The notes under the pieces: model-generated
Databases searched by the model: none
Told to the model about the DNA's origin: nothing
Seen by the model: only the letters and a program-made list of their open reading frames with translations
Shown: piece by piece, positions 16,701 to 30,252 of the stretch
Position numbering within the stretch: the stretch's first letter is position 1
How the letters are laid out: each line of letters opens with the position of its first letter
DNA from: Eledone cirrhosa
Lineage: Eukaryota
Assembly (NCBI GenBank): GCA_964016885.1
Contig: OZ024745.1
Location: 89,838,001-89,902,000, forward strand
DNA: 64,000 nt
Reading direction: 5' to 3'
Made by a program: the position numbers and the translations under genes

Positions 16701-18784
16701 TAGTTTGATGGTATATTAATAGATGACATTATTCCATAGTTGTGTGGTATATTAATAGATGGCAGTATTCCATAGTTGTGTGGTATATTGATAGATGACA
16801 GTATTCCATAGTTGTATTGTATATTAATAGATGTCCATGTTCCATAGTTGTATGGTATATTAATAGATGACAGTATTCCAGAGTTGTATGGTATATTAAT
16901 AGCTAACTGTATCCCATAGTTGTGTGCGATATTTATAGATTACAATATACCATAGTTTGTGTTATATTTATAGATGACAGTATTCCATATTTGTATGGTA
17001 TATTAATAGATGGCAGTATTCCATAGTTGTGTGGTATATTAATAGATGACACTATTCCATAGTTGTGTGGTATATTAATAGATGACAGTATTCCATAGAT
17101 GTATGGTATATTAATAGATGGCAGTATTCCATAGTTCTGTGGTATATTATTAGATGACAGTATTCCATAGTTGTATGGTATATTAATGCATGACAGTATT
17201 CCATAGTTGTGTGGTATATTAATAGGTGACAGTTTTCCATAGTTGTGTTGTATATTAATAGATGACAGTATTCCATACTTGTGTGGTATATTAATATTTG
17301 ACAGTATTCCAAAATCGTGTGCTATATTAATTGATTACAGTATTCCATAGTGGTGTGGTATATTAATAGATGATAGTATTCCATAGTTGTGTGGTATATT
17401 TATAGATGATAGTATTCCATAGTTGTATGGTATATTAATAGATGACTGTATTCCAAAGTTGTATGGTATATTAATAGATTACAGTATTCCATATTTGTGT
17501 GGTATATTAATAGATGGCAGTTTACCATAGTTGTATGGTATATTAATAGATGGCAGTATTCCATAGTTGTGTGGAATATTAATAGATGACGCTATTCCAT
17601 AGTTGTGTGGCATATTAATAGATGGCAGTATTCCATAGTTGTGTGGTATATTAATAGATGACACTACTCCATAGTTGTGTGTTATATTAATAGATGGCAG
17701 TATTCCATAGTTGTATGGTATATTAATAGATGACAGTATTCCATAGTTGTGTGGTATATTAATAGATGATAGTATTCCATAGTTGTATGGTATATTAATA
17801 GATGACATTATTCCATAGTTATGTTGTATATTAATAGATGACTGTATTCCATAGTTGTGGGTATATTAATAGATGACATTATTCCATAGTTGTGTGTATA
17901 TTAATAGATGATAGTATTCCCTAGTTTTATGGTATATTAATAGATGACTGTATTCAATAGACGTATTGTATATTAATAGATGGCAGTATTCCATAGTTGT
18001 GTGTTATATTAATAGATGACTGTATTCCATAGTTGTGTGGTATATTAATAGATGACAATATTCCATACATGTGTGGTATATTAATAGATGACAGTATTCC
18101 ATAGTTGTATGGTATATTAATAGATGACAGTATTCAATTTTTGTATGGTATATTAATAGATGACCGTATTCCATAGTTGTGTGGTATATTCATAGATGGC
18201 AGAATTCCATAGCTGTGTGGTATATTCATAGATGACAGTATTCCATACTTGTGTGGTATATTAATAGGTGACAATATTCCATAGACGTGTGGTATATTAA
18301 TAGAAGGCAGTATTCCATACTTGTGTGGTATATTAATATATGACATTATTCCATAGTTATGTAGTATATTGATAGATGACACTATTCCATAGTTGTATTG
18401 TATATTAATAGATGACATTATTCCATAGTTGTGTGGTATATTAAAAGGTGACAGTATTCCATAGTTTTGTGGTATATTAATAGGTGACAGTATTCCATAG
18501 TTATGTAGTATATTGATAGATGACACTATTCCATAGTTGTGTGGTATATTAATAGATGACAATATTCCATATTTGTGTGGTATATTAATAGGTGACAATG
18601 TTACATAGTTGTGTGGTATATTAATAGATGACAGTATTCCATATTTGTATTGTATATTAATAGATGACATTATTCCATAGTTGTGTGGTATATTAATAGA
18701 TTACAGTATTCCATAGTTGTGTGGTATATTAATAGATGACAGTATTCCATAGTTGTGTAGTATATAAATAGATGACAATATTCC

Positions 18785-19020
18785 ATATTGTTATACTTTG
18801 GGGGGGTCATGTTGCCAATAAGATACACACACACCAGTTGCTTTCACTTTAAATTATTATAAATTAAAATTATAAATTTAATTTATAATAAATTAAGGTG
18901 AAAGCAACTGGTGCTTGTGTTTCTTATTGGCAACATGACCCTCCCAAATTATAACAATATCTGTTTCAACACACGTTTTCAGATAAAGAATCTTGCTAAA
19001 TAAATTCAGAAACGAAATAT
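18785..19020. mobile_element. Fold-back Penelope-end fragment in satellite (copy 3)
   Basis: Same structure and same junction sequences as 87-322. Confidence 0.9.
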
Positions 19021-20639
19021 TCCATAGTTGTGTGGTATATTAATAGATGACAGTATTCCATAGTTGTGTGGTATATTAATAGATGACAGTAATCCAGAGG
19101 TGTGTGGTATATATTAATAGATGACAGTATTCCATAGTTGTGTGGTATATTAATAGGTGGCAGTATTCCATAGTTGTATGGTATATTAATAGTTGACAGT
19201 ATTCCATAGTTGTGTGGTATATTAATAGATGACAGTATTCCATATTTGTGTGGTATATTAATAGGTGGCAGTATTCCATATTTGTATGGTATATTAATAG
19301 TTGACATTATTCCATATTTGTGTGGTAAATTAATAGATGACAGTATTCCATAGTTGTGTGGTATATTAATAGATGACAGTATTCCATAGTTGTGTGGTAT
19401 ATTAATAGATGGCAGTATTCCATATTTGTGTGGTATATTAATAGATGACAGTATTCCATAATTGTGTGGTATATTAATAGATGGCAGTATTCCATAGTTG
19501 ATTGGTATATTAATAGTTGACCGTATTCCATAGTTGTGTGGTATATTAATAGTTGACCGTATTCCATAGTTGTGTGGTATATTAATAGTTGACCGTATTC
19601 CATAGTTGTGTGGTATATTAATAGTTGACCGTATTCCATAGTTGTGTAGTATATTAATAGATGCGAATATTCCATGTTTGAGAGACACATTTATTAAAAC
19701 CTTACTATGAAGCAATCATGTATTTATTACTTTAAGCATTAATACAAATTTTCATATTTTTATCACAGTCAATGTATGGAAGCAGAAATTAGAAGCAATA
19801 AATGTATAGGATATAAAATGAATAAATTTAGTTTTCAACAAAAATTTAAATGTACGTGAGAAAGAAAAACAAAGACAATTTCCCTATTGAACATCTTGTC
19901 GCGTTTTCCCCCAATTCTCAAGTGATAGAAACGTAAAGTATTTTTCTCTGTTTCTATTTAATTTAATTTGTGTTTCTTTGTATATTGTTTTTGCTTGTGT
20001 TTTTGTTTTTTATTTGTTTGTTTTTTTTACAAATAACTGTTAAATTTGCTAATGTAATGCTTAAAATATTTCTAAATTGCCTCATTCATTAATTCCTGTC
20101 TTCTAATACTTCTATTGGATATTTTTTTGTTTTTAATTTAAATATAATCCAGTGAAGTTTGCCATCATCATCGGATTAAAAATGGAATAATTTCATGTAG
20201 AAATTCCTTGTTACTATTGTTATTTTTAGTTTGATTTTTATTTGATTTGATTTATCCATATTTCGTTTTTCTTTCGTTTCGTTTCGTTTTATTTCTGTTT
20301 GTTGGTTTTAGACAAATCATTTCCGGGGAATTAGAATACTTCAACCACGACTGTTCAACATTAGTTTACTCTATTTCTTATTAGAAATGAATTTAAGATT
20401 CATTAATTATTACATTATGGTAAATTAGAGAATGATTAAGTAGTAGAAACTGTAATTTATTGAATGGAGTGCATTAAACTGTTTAATTTAATCTTTCTGA
20501 GTTCAAATCCTATTGCGGTCGAATTTGATTTATTGCTGTTGTTTAAGGTATAGGTCTAGCCCGACAGAGCAGACTCCTGATAAATAACGTTTTGTTATAC
20601 AACTAAGAGAAGAATACTCATGTTTCCATCATACATACA

Positions 20640-20908
20640 TGTATGTAAAACATTCCAAAAGTTCTGCATATAATAATTATATGTACACATGTACAGATAC
20701 AAAGTATATCCACATACACACATATAACTCAAAACATATACATCCACAGATACAATAACATCCATACCTGTAAACAAATGCATGCATGCAGACATGCAGA
20801 CATATGTACCTAATTGATATTGTTTAAATTCCAGAGATTCTTCTGCCTATGCTAGAAACTGACTCTCTCTCTCTATTGGTAAACATTTATAAAATTATGA
20901 AACCAGAA
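20640..20908 (+). mobile_element. Decayed 3' end of R4/Dong-like non-LTR element
   Basis: Aligns by eye to the reverse complement of 58240-58440 (TGTAAAACATTCCAAAA...TAGAAACTGACTCTCTCT...ATGAAACCAGAA); ends in (CATA)n. Confidence 0.55.
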
Positions 20909-20920
20909 CATACGTACATA

Positions 20921-21230
20921 CATGATGGCTGCAAACTGCTCTAAAAGTATTGCAATCACTTGTCATATTTTAGAGTTTGGTGCACTTTTAGGCTACGGCC
21001 ACCCACACGAACTTGTGACATCTCCTGAACAAGCAATGCCTGTGCTTTGAGGGGTTTTTAAATGCGGAAAGGCCTTTCACTCGACAAATCCAACTCTTTG
21101 AGCATCGAAAACACTACATGAAAAGGAGAACTGGTCAACATCATCGTATGCTTCCGAAGCCGCAGGTTTATTTTCAGAGTTTTCCTCTCCTAGAAGGTGT
21201 TGTGACAACAACTGGGGGCCTTTCACTCCC
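20921..21230 (-). mobile_element. Internally deleted RTE derivative, family A (5'UTR piece fused to 3' terminus)
   Basis: 20921-20968 matches the 3' end at 22635-22682; 20970-21230 matches the 5'UTR at 25985-26245; no ORF between them. Confidence 0.8.
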
Positions 21231-21835
21231 AACATACATACATACATATGTATGTGCGTATAGTATACTCAATATATTCGATGCTTTCGTCCTACCCAAT
21301 TTCACACACAACTGTTGTAAAAGCTATTTATGCAAAATAGTATCAAATCCGGAATTTCAGGATTGCGGCATGACTGTGCTTCTTGTTATGTCATATGTGA
21401 ATGCATGGTATAACAAGTCACACGCACAAACACGTGTACTAAGGAGACACATTGCTTGGGTACAAGTATATCTACATATACACATGCATATATGCGTATA
21501 CACAAACTCACATGTTCACAAATACCATACTTCTCACACTAACTCACATGTTCACAAATACCATTCTGTGAAAACCTGAAATATATCTGAAAAAATATAC
21601 TAGACATACCAACACAAACATAAATACATAAATATATCTTAAAATACACAAACTATATACATACACACATACATAAATACATACATACATCCAAACATCC
21701 ATACATGCATTCATACATACATGCATACATACATATATCTGTACATACATACATGCATGCATATATATATATGTATATACATACATATATACTCACATAC
21801 ATACATACAGACACCATGCATATATGTATACAAAC

Positions 21836-22458
21836 ATGGCTGCCCCCTCGTTATCGAGTATGGCCATTGCACGATATACCATTATTAATAATTATTAATT
21901 AATTCTATCGTCCAATGCCTGTGCGTGAAGATATTTTTTAAAGTGAGGAAAGATTGTGCACTGAGCCAATCCCACTCTCTGAGCGACAGTAGCTATAACC
22001 CGAAAAGAAGAAAAGATCAACATCATCGGTAACTACTGAGCCGCAGGTTTTATAGCGGCGTTATCACAGTTTCCCGAGTTGCCTTCTCCTAGAAGAATTC
22101 CCTGAGAAAGACTAGGGGTCCTTCACTCCCAGTGGTCTAACCGCGCGATCGGGTGTCCAGCCCGACTTTTTCTATGTCCCTGCTCATATACATACACATG
22201 CACCAATGTATATACACATACACATATACATACATATGTACATGTGTATATACACATTTACACACTTTTGGATGGCCGTTAACTCTTATGAGTTCTTCCG
22301 CCCTTTGTCAGGTTTTGTTTTTTGTCTTGCAGGGTGTCCAAAATCACCTTCCTCACCAAGTAATCTTGGTGGGGTTGCCGGTTCAGTCGCCGACGACCCG
22401 ACCATGTGACAGGTTGTACTGGGTTACATGTTACCAGTAGCACTCAAGAGTGACCCGA
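21836..22458 (-). mobile_element. Internally deleted RTE derivative, family B
   Basis: 3' stem-loop (GGCTGCCCCCTCGTTATCGAGTATGGCC, as at 26484 and 48323) fused to a 5'UTR matching 53230-53530, then the structured leader 22270-22458. Confidence 0.82.
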
Positions 22459-22634
22459 CATACATACATATATATATATATATACATACATACATACACA
22501 GATACACACGCACACATACATACATACATATGTACATACATACACACACACATACAAACAGATATACATACATATGTACATGCATACATACACACGCACA
22601 CACACATACACACACACATACATATTTACATACA

Positions 22635-25600
22635 TGATGGCTGCAAACTCTGCAAAGAGTATTGCAATCGCTTGTCAGATTCAGATGTGGGACGCTCGGA
22701 TATGGCTTTTCAAGCCTGTTAGAGACTTGCTCTCCTTTACACACTGACGACAACTATGGATCTCCCTGGCTTGAGGTCCTTCATCAGGTTGCCCGTGAAC
22801 CCTCACAACACCGTGGAGATCATAGTTCACTGGCTCTCTTTGAACATGACTGCGACTGTGGCTCCTGAGACCAGATTTGCTCAAGCAAATTTTTCCAAAC
22901 TCAGGGCACCAAACTCAGGGCACCAAATGTTTCCAAATTCAATAAAGACACCGATAGTTTCGAGAGATACACCGGGGAATTTCTTACGCACATCCCGTTT
23001 GATCTTCTCGTGCTCTATGCGTCTGTCCTCAAAATTATCGACCCATCGTTCACCATTCCACGCCAAGTTTCTCTTTCAAGAGCTTCTATCTTCCAGTCAG
23101 CCATCATCAAACCAGTTTTTATCAATGAGTCCTTTACACAATCCTTGAATCGGAGCTTTGGCTTGTGATGTGGTCTCTTGCCCTCACAAAGCTAGTCATA
23201 CAAGAGTTGTTTTGGGATTCGATCATCCTCCATTCTGCAGAGGTGTCCGGTCCATCGCAAACGCCGTTGGTGGATGATACTCTCAATGCTCCGACACACT
23301 TCTCTCAAGGACCTCAACATGAATGCATCTGCCACTTGATACCGAGCATCTTTCTGAGAAACTGCTGGTGAAACCGTTCCAGTCTGTGGATATGCCTTTT
23401 GTAGGCAACCCATGTCTCACATGCATACAGCAAAGCTGACAGTACACATGCACCTTAGTCCTCATTGTAATTCCTCGCCTGCACCAAAGACGGTCGTTGA
23501 GCCTACCAAATGACTCACTTGCCTTACTAACACGTAGACCAACTTCTGCATCCAGAGAGCAGATCACACTCAGTGTACACGCCAAATTCACAAATGTGTC
23601 AGCAGCCTTCAGCTTTTGACCGTATACGTGTATGGAGGGTTCATTGAAAACTTTATCCGGAGCAGGTTGGTACATGACGACAGTATTCTTCAGACTGATT
23701 GTCAGTCCCAAAGCACTGCACGCATTGGAAAAAGAATCCATAAGGTGTTGTATGTCACTCTGGGAGTGTGCAAAGAGATCACAATCATCTGCATATAAAA
23801 ATTATCTGATCAAGGTACTCTGTACCTTAGTGTTGGCAGTGAGACGCCTAAGGTTAAACAGCTTGCCGTTGGTGCAGGTATATCACCCCTGCTTGACACC
23901 ATTTTCAACCGAGATTGGCTCAGACAGTTTACCTCCAACATTTGCCCATGCCTGCATGTCATCGTGGAAGAGTTTCAGAATGTTCACAAACTTTTCAGGA
24001 CAGCCTTCCGATTAACAGTGTCAAATACCTTGGTCAGATCGACAAAAACTTGGTATAAATCCATGCGCTGGATTGGCCGAGAAGATCATGTCAACAGTGC
24101 CTCTGCAAATCCTAAACCCACATTGGGACTCAGGAAGTACCTCAACAGCACTGTGCTGTATGAATCTGTCAGACAATATCCTGCACAAGATCTTAGCAGT
24201 GAAATACCTCTGTAGTTGCCACAGTCATCTTTGGCTCCCTTTCCTTTGTAAAGTACCCCCATCAATGCATCTTTCCAATCCTGTGGCACATCATCTTCAT
24301 TCCAAACATTCACAAAGATATCAGTGAGGCGGTTTAAGAAGTTATCACCAGCACACTTGAATATCTCGGCACTCAGTCCATCCATTCCAGGTGATTTGCC
24401 GCTGTTTAATTTGGCAATGGCCTTCGCCACCTCATCAAATGCTAGCTTTGTAGGTCTGGATGGAATCGACCGGATGAACTCATTATCAATTTCTGATGGT
24501 ATGTTGCGAAGTTCATCAAAGTGGTCATGCCACCTGATCAGGATTTCCTTCGGATCTCTGAGCAATTCCTTGCAGTCCCCGGAACGAAGTGGTGATATGT
24601 GTGAACCGGTCAGGCCATACACCTCCCTGAGCAGACTGTATAGGAACTTTGTATCATGTCTATCTGAGGCCTTCTGGATTTCATCAGCCTTTTGGCTCCA
24701 CCAGGTATCCTGCATGGCTCTCAATCGATGTTGCACACGTGCCTTGGTCTGCCTGAAGGTCCGGTCACCCCCGTCAGAACGTGTCTCACACAACAATGAT
24801 GTCAGCACTTTTTGTCTCTCTTCAAGCAAAGTCTGGATCACTGCATCATGTTCATTGAACCAGTCTTTATGCTTTCTATTGGTATTACCCAAAACTCCAG
24901 CACTAACATCATAGACGGTTTTCTTCAATGATTCCCAAGTGTTTTCACATTCCATGGACTCAAGGGACCTCGGCAGCTCAGCTTTGACTTTCTCTGTTTT
25001 CAGACGAGCCACGCTTAGTTGTTTTGGAAGTGCAACCTTCTTCCCCCTTACTTTGGGCTTCACAACAAATTGAAACTTGGCGCGCAACAGACGATGATCA
25101 GTCCAACATTCCGCGACTCGCAATACATGAACGAATGTGATATCCCTGATATAACGTTTAGTCGTTCAAACGAAGTCAATAAGGTGCCACTTATGGGAAC
25201 CTGGATGCATCCAAGTTTGTCTTATATTTGTCTTTCTGCTGAAAGAGCGTGTTCCCAACAACAAGATTCATGTCAGTGCACACCTGCAGCAGAAGTAGGC
25301 CATTGTTATTGCAGTTACCTACTCCATTCCTGCCCATCACACACCAAGCTTCCCAGTCATTACAACACGTGCATTAAAATCACCAAGGATGACAATCTTG
25401 TCTACATAAGGTATACCATGGATGACCTCTCTCAAAGACATGTAGAAACTTAGTTTTTCATTATCACTGGCACACATAGTAGGAGCGTACACACTGACCA
25501 GAGTCACAAAGCGGTTTTGAAACAGAGGGACTCTCATGGACATTATCCGATCATTGAATCCGCAAGGAAGATTTTCCAGCTTTGAGACGATTCCATTCCT

Positions 25601-26458
25601 GACTGCTAATGCGACCCCTGCCTCTCTCCTACAACCCTCTGCTCCACCACTCCAATAGAAGGTATATCCTCCCTTCTGTTCTGTGAATTGATCCTCACCA
25701 GCCAATCTCGTTTTTGAAAGAGCAACGATGTCCATGCTATAGCGATCGAGTTCCCTCGACACCAAAGCAGATCTTCTTTCAGGGCGAGTTTTACTGGACT
25801 GGGAATCCAGTAAAGTTCTAACATTCCAAGATCCAATATTCAGAGGTTTGAACCTCCTTGCAGTTGTAGGATGACGACGAGGCACACGCTGCGGTGCCAT
25901 GGGACACCTGCCGGGCTAGACCTCTTCACAATAAGTTCCAGAGCCCTTACTGCCATTGACTTCATGTTTATCATCTATCATCATAGAGTTTGGTGCACTT
26001 TTAGGCTAAGGCCAGCCACACGAACCTGTAACAGATCCTGAACAAGCGATGCCTGTGCTTTGAAGGTTTTTTAAGTGGGGAAAGGCCTTACACGCGACCA
26101 ATACCACTCTCTGAGCATCGAAAACACTACCCGAAAAGGAGAACTGGTCAACATTATCGGATGCTTCCAAAGCCGCAGGTTTTTTTCAGAGTTTCTCCCT
26201 CTCCTAGAAAGGTGTTGTGACAACAACAGGGGGCCCTTCACTCCCAGGTAAAAAAAGAAAAGTACTATTTGGATGGCCCTTGACTCTCTGAGTTCCTACG
26301 CCCTTTGCCGGGTCTTGTATTTCATCCCACAGGGTGTCCAAATATCACCCTCCTCACCAAGCAAGCTTGGCGGGGTTTCCGGTTTAGTTGCGGACGACCC
26401 GACCATGAGACAGGTAGTACTGGGTTACATGTTACCAGTATCACTCGAGAGCAACTTA
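22635..26458 (-). mobile_element. Full-length but decayed RTE (BovB-like) LINE, family A: AP endonuclease, RT and C-terminal C2H2-like fingers
   Basis: ORF pieces 25900-25337 (WNVRTLL, GDFNAR), 25123-24086 (WTDHRL, KSPGMDG, YRGISLL), 23741-23192 (RLRWTGH), 22884-22681 (GLRSH, GLKSH); frameshifts; (TGTA)n at both ends. Confidence 0.93.
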
Positions 26459-26479
26459 CATACATACATACATACATAC

Positions 26480-27620
26480 ATGATGGCTGCCCCCTCGTTA
26501 TCAAGTATGGCCATTGCACGAGGGAAAAAAACATAAAATTAACAATAATAATAATAATAACAACAATAATAATAACGACAACAACAACAATAATAATATA
26601 CATATATATATACACACACGCGCACACACACAAACATATCTATACACACACACGATAGCAATTAAAATGTCTTGCACAGAGTCGGCAACCAAAATATTCA
26701 CTGGGAATAGCCGGCTGTGGTTGGAGTTCATGTACTTTTGCATGTCGTTTGAGCCCTCCTGCTGATTTACATTTTCTACCACATGCTTGGCAAGCATAAT
26801 GAGTAGCATCTCCAACAGCGGCCTGATAGTCAACCACTGGTCTTACTTTATGACTGCGAAGATGACTTTCGAGTCCAGCTTTGCTTAGACAGAGTCTCGC
26901 ACAGACGCTGCATGTCAGCACCATAGGAGGACCCTCGCCGTCTGGAAGTGCAACAGCAATGCCCTTCCTCACATCCCACTTTACTTTCTCGTATGCTATT
27001 CGAGATGCCTCAAAGGCAACTTTTCCCTCATATACAGTCTTTCTCAATTTATTACGATCAGCAGCAACATTTTCCTATGTATCAGCAGAGATGTTAGCGT
27101 CTTTCAAAGAGGCTTTCAAGGAATCCTTATACCTCTTTTTTGGTTTATGTGGCGGTCGTTTTCCTTTAACTAACTCTCCATAAAAGAGTTGTTTTGGTAT
27201 TCTAGTATCCTTCATCATGGCAAGGTGACCACTCCAACCGAGTCGTTGCTTAAGCACAAGAGCTTCTATACTGTCACATATAGAGCTTTCCAAAATCTCG
27301 AAATCACTGATGTGGTCCCTCCAGTGAACTCCCTGGATCCATCTAATGGAAACTCTCCAATTGCTTAAGATGGTGTCGCTATGTGACCCAGGTCTCGCAG
27401 GCATAAAGAAGAGAAGAGAGCACACTTGCCTTGTACACCTTTACCTTTGTCTTCTTGCATATGTCTCGCCGACCCCAGAGTCGCCATTCTAGCTTTCCGA
27501 AAGCATCACTTGCTTTCCTAATCCTGAGTGGGATTTCACTATCAAGGTTGCTGTACCGATTGACAGTGCTTCCCAGGTAGACAAACTGATCAACCACTCC
27601 AAATTGTTTACCATACACAT
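26480..27620 (-). mobile_element. 5'-truncated RTE LINE, family B (thumb region, three C2H2 fingers, 3'UTR)
   Basis: FVYLGS, LLYACETW, WSGHL, CxxC..HxxxH motifs; collinear with 49880-50640. Confidence 0.9.
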
Positions 27621-27655
27621 AGATATATACCATACACTTACATACATACATACAT

Positions 27656-28662
27656 GGTGGCTGCCAACTCGTTTTCGAGTACGGCCACTACTTTATATCC
27701 ATGTAGGAGAACCCCTACCGATGCGCTGAACGAGTGTGACCTTTAGTCCAGCTAGCGACTTGAAAACTCTGGTACAAACACTACACTTGTGACAATTATT
27801 GACATATAGTGCTGGGCCCATGGTACCATGTGACCACAAGTGCAGAGAGATCTCCCGATATATAGCAATGCCTGTGCTGTGAAGCTTTTATAGTGAGCAA
27901 AGGCAGTGCACAAAGCCAGTCCCACTCTCTTAACCAAGATGATATTTACCATCAGGGTTGCAGGTGTTATATCAGAGTTTTCCTTCTCCTAGAATTCTGC
28001 CTTGACAAAGGCTAAGGGGTCATCTCTCCCGGTGATTGTGGATGGTTATTGACTCTTAAGAGCTCATTTGCCCTTTGACAGGTTTTGTTTTTAGTCCTGC
28101 AGGATGTCCAAAGTCACCTCCCTCACCAAGAAACCTTGGTGGGGTTGCCAGTTTAGTCGCCAACGACCCGACCATGAGACAGGTTGTACTGGGATACATG
28201 TTACCAGTAGTACCAACTGGTGACCTGACATATAGTACATACATACATACATACATACATGGTGGCTGCCAACTCGTTTTCGAGTACGGCCACTACTTTA
28301 TATCCATGTAGGAGAACCCCTACCAATGCGCTGAACGAATGTGACTTTTTAGTCCAGCCAGCGACTTGAAAACTCTGGTACAAACACTACACTTGTGACA
28401 ATTATTGACACATAGTGCTGGGCCCATGGTACCATGTGACGACCAGTGCAGAGAGATCTCCAAATATAAAGCAATGCCTGTGCTGTGAAGCTTTTATAGT
28501 GAGCAAAGGCACTGCACAAAGCAGCATATATATATACATATACATATACATACATATACACATACATACATATACACATACATACATATATACATACATA
28601 CATACACATATACATACATACATACACACATACATATACATATACATACATACATACATACA

Positions 28663-28694
<32 letters not shown>

Positions 28695-29366
28695 CACATA
28701 CATACACATACACATACATACATATACATATACATACATATACACATGGTGGCTGCCAACTCGTTTTCGAGTACGGCCACTACTTTATATCCATGTAGGA
28801 GAACCCCTACTGATGCGCTGAACGAGTGTGACTTTTTAGTCCAGCCAGCGACTTGAAAACTCTGGTACAAAGACTACACTTGTGACAATTATTGACACAT
28901 AGTGTTGGGCCCATAGTACCATGTGACGACAAGTGCAGAGAGATCTCCAGATATAAAGCAATGCCTGTGCCGTGAAGCTTTTATAGTGAGCAAAGGCACT
29001 GCACAAAGCCAGTCCCACTCTCTTAACCAAGATGATATTTACCAAAAAGAAGAACAAGTCAACATCATTGGATACCATCAGGGTTGCAGGTGTTATATCA
29101 GAGTTTTCCTTCTCCTAGAATTCTGCCTTGACAAAGGCTAAGGGGTCATCTCTCCCGGTGATTTTGGATGGCCATTGACTCTTAAGAGCTCCTTTGCCCT
29201 TTGACAGGTTTTGTTTTTAGTCCTGCAGGATGTCCAAAGTCACCCTCCTCACCAAGAAACCTTGGTGGGGTTGCCAGTTTAGTCGCCAACGACCCGACCA
29301 TGAGACAGGTTGTACTGGGATACATGTTACCAGTAGCACCAACTGGTGACCTGACATAACATATAC

Positions 29367-29397
<31 letters not shown>

Positions 29398-30221
29398 CAT
29401 ATACATATATATATACATACATATACACATACATACATACATACATACATATACATACATACATATACATATACATATACATACATACATATACACACAT
29501 ATATACATACATACACATACATATACATACACATATACATATATATACATACACATACATACACATATACATATACATACATATATACATATACATACAT
29601 ATGGTGGCTGCCAACTCGTTTTCGAGTACGGCCACTACTTTATATCCATGTAAGAGAACCCCTACCGAAGCGCTGAACGAGTGTGACTTTTTAGTCCAGC
29701 CAGCGACTTGAAAACTCTGGTACAAACACTACACCTGTGACAATTATTGACACATAGTGTTGGGCCCATAGTACCATGTGACGACAAGTGCAGAGAGATC
29801 TCCAGATACAAAGCAATGCCTGTGCCGTGAAGCTTTTATAGTGAGCAAAGGCACTGCACAAAGCCAGTCCCACTCTCTTAACCAAGATGATATTTACCAA
29901 AAAGAAGAACAAGTCAACATCATTGGATACCATCAGGGTTGCAGGTGTTATATCAGAGTTTTCCTTCTCCTAGAATTCTGCCTTGACAAAGGCTAAGGGG
30001 TCATCTCTCCCGGTGATTTTGGATGGCCATTGACTCTTAAGAGCTCCTTTGCCCTTTGACAGGTTTTGTTTTTAGTCCTGCAGGATGTCCAAAGTCACCC
30101 TCCTCACCAAGAAACCTTGGTGGGGTTGCCAGTTTAGTCGCCAACGACCCGACCATGAGACAGGTTGTACTGGGATACATGTTACCAGTAGCACCAACTG
30201 GTGACCTGACATAACATATAC

Positions 30222-30252
<31 letters not shown>

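Larger units (their letters stand above)
1..19675. repeat. 36-bp tandem satellite array, consensus GATGACAGTATTCCATAGTTGTGTGGTATATTAATA, about 520 monomers; runs off the left edge of the window
   Basis: Continuous head-to-tail monomers with scattered substitutions and rare 1-2 bp indels; no spacers; ends at ...GCGAATATTCCAT 19675. Confidence 0.98.

Noticed and set aside
1-19675. CRISPR array (36-bp repeat length)
   Set aside because: No spacers, no cas genes, eukaryotic context
1-19675. RUNX-like TGTGGT and palindromic TATTAATA in every monomer as a regulatory array
   Set aside because: Short motifs are expected by chance in a 36-mer and there is no supporting evidence in the sequence
487-19715. 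Long minus-strand ORFs (NYGILSSINIPH)n and (MEYCHLLIYHTT)n as a repetitive or zinc-finger-like protein
   Set aside because: A 36-bp monomer with two stop-free frames produces these automatically; stops and frameshifts are scattered; no unique N- or C-terminus or CxxC spacing
29210-29300. HDV-like ribozyme fits (GG-P4-CTAA-P2) in the family C leader
   Set aside because: Proposed P2 and the catalytic C are not preserved in the family A and B leaders
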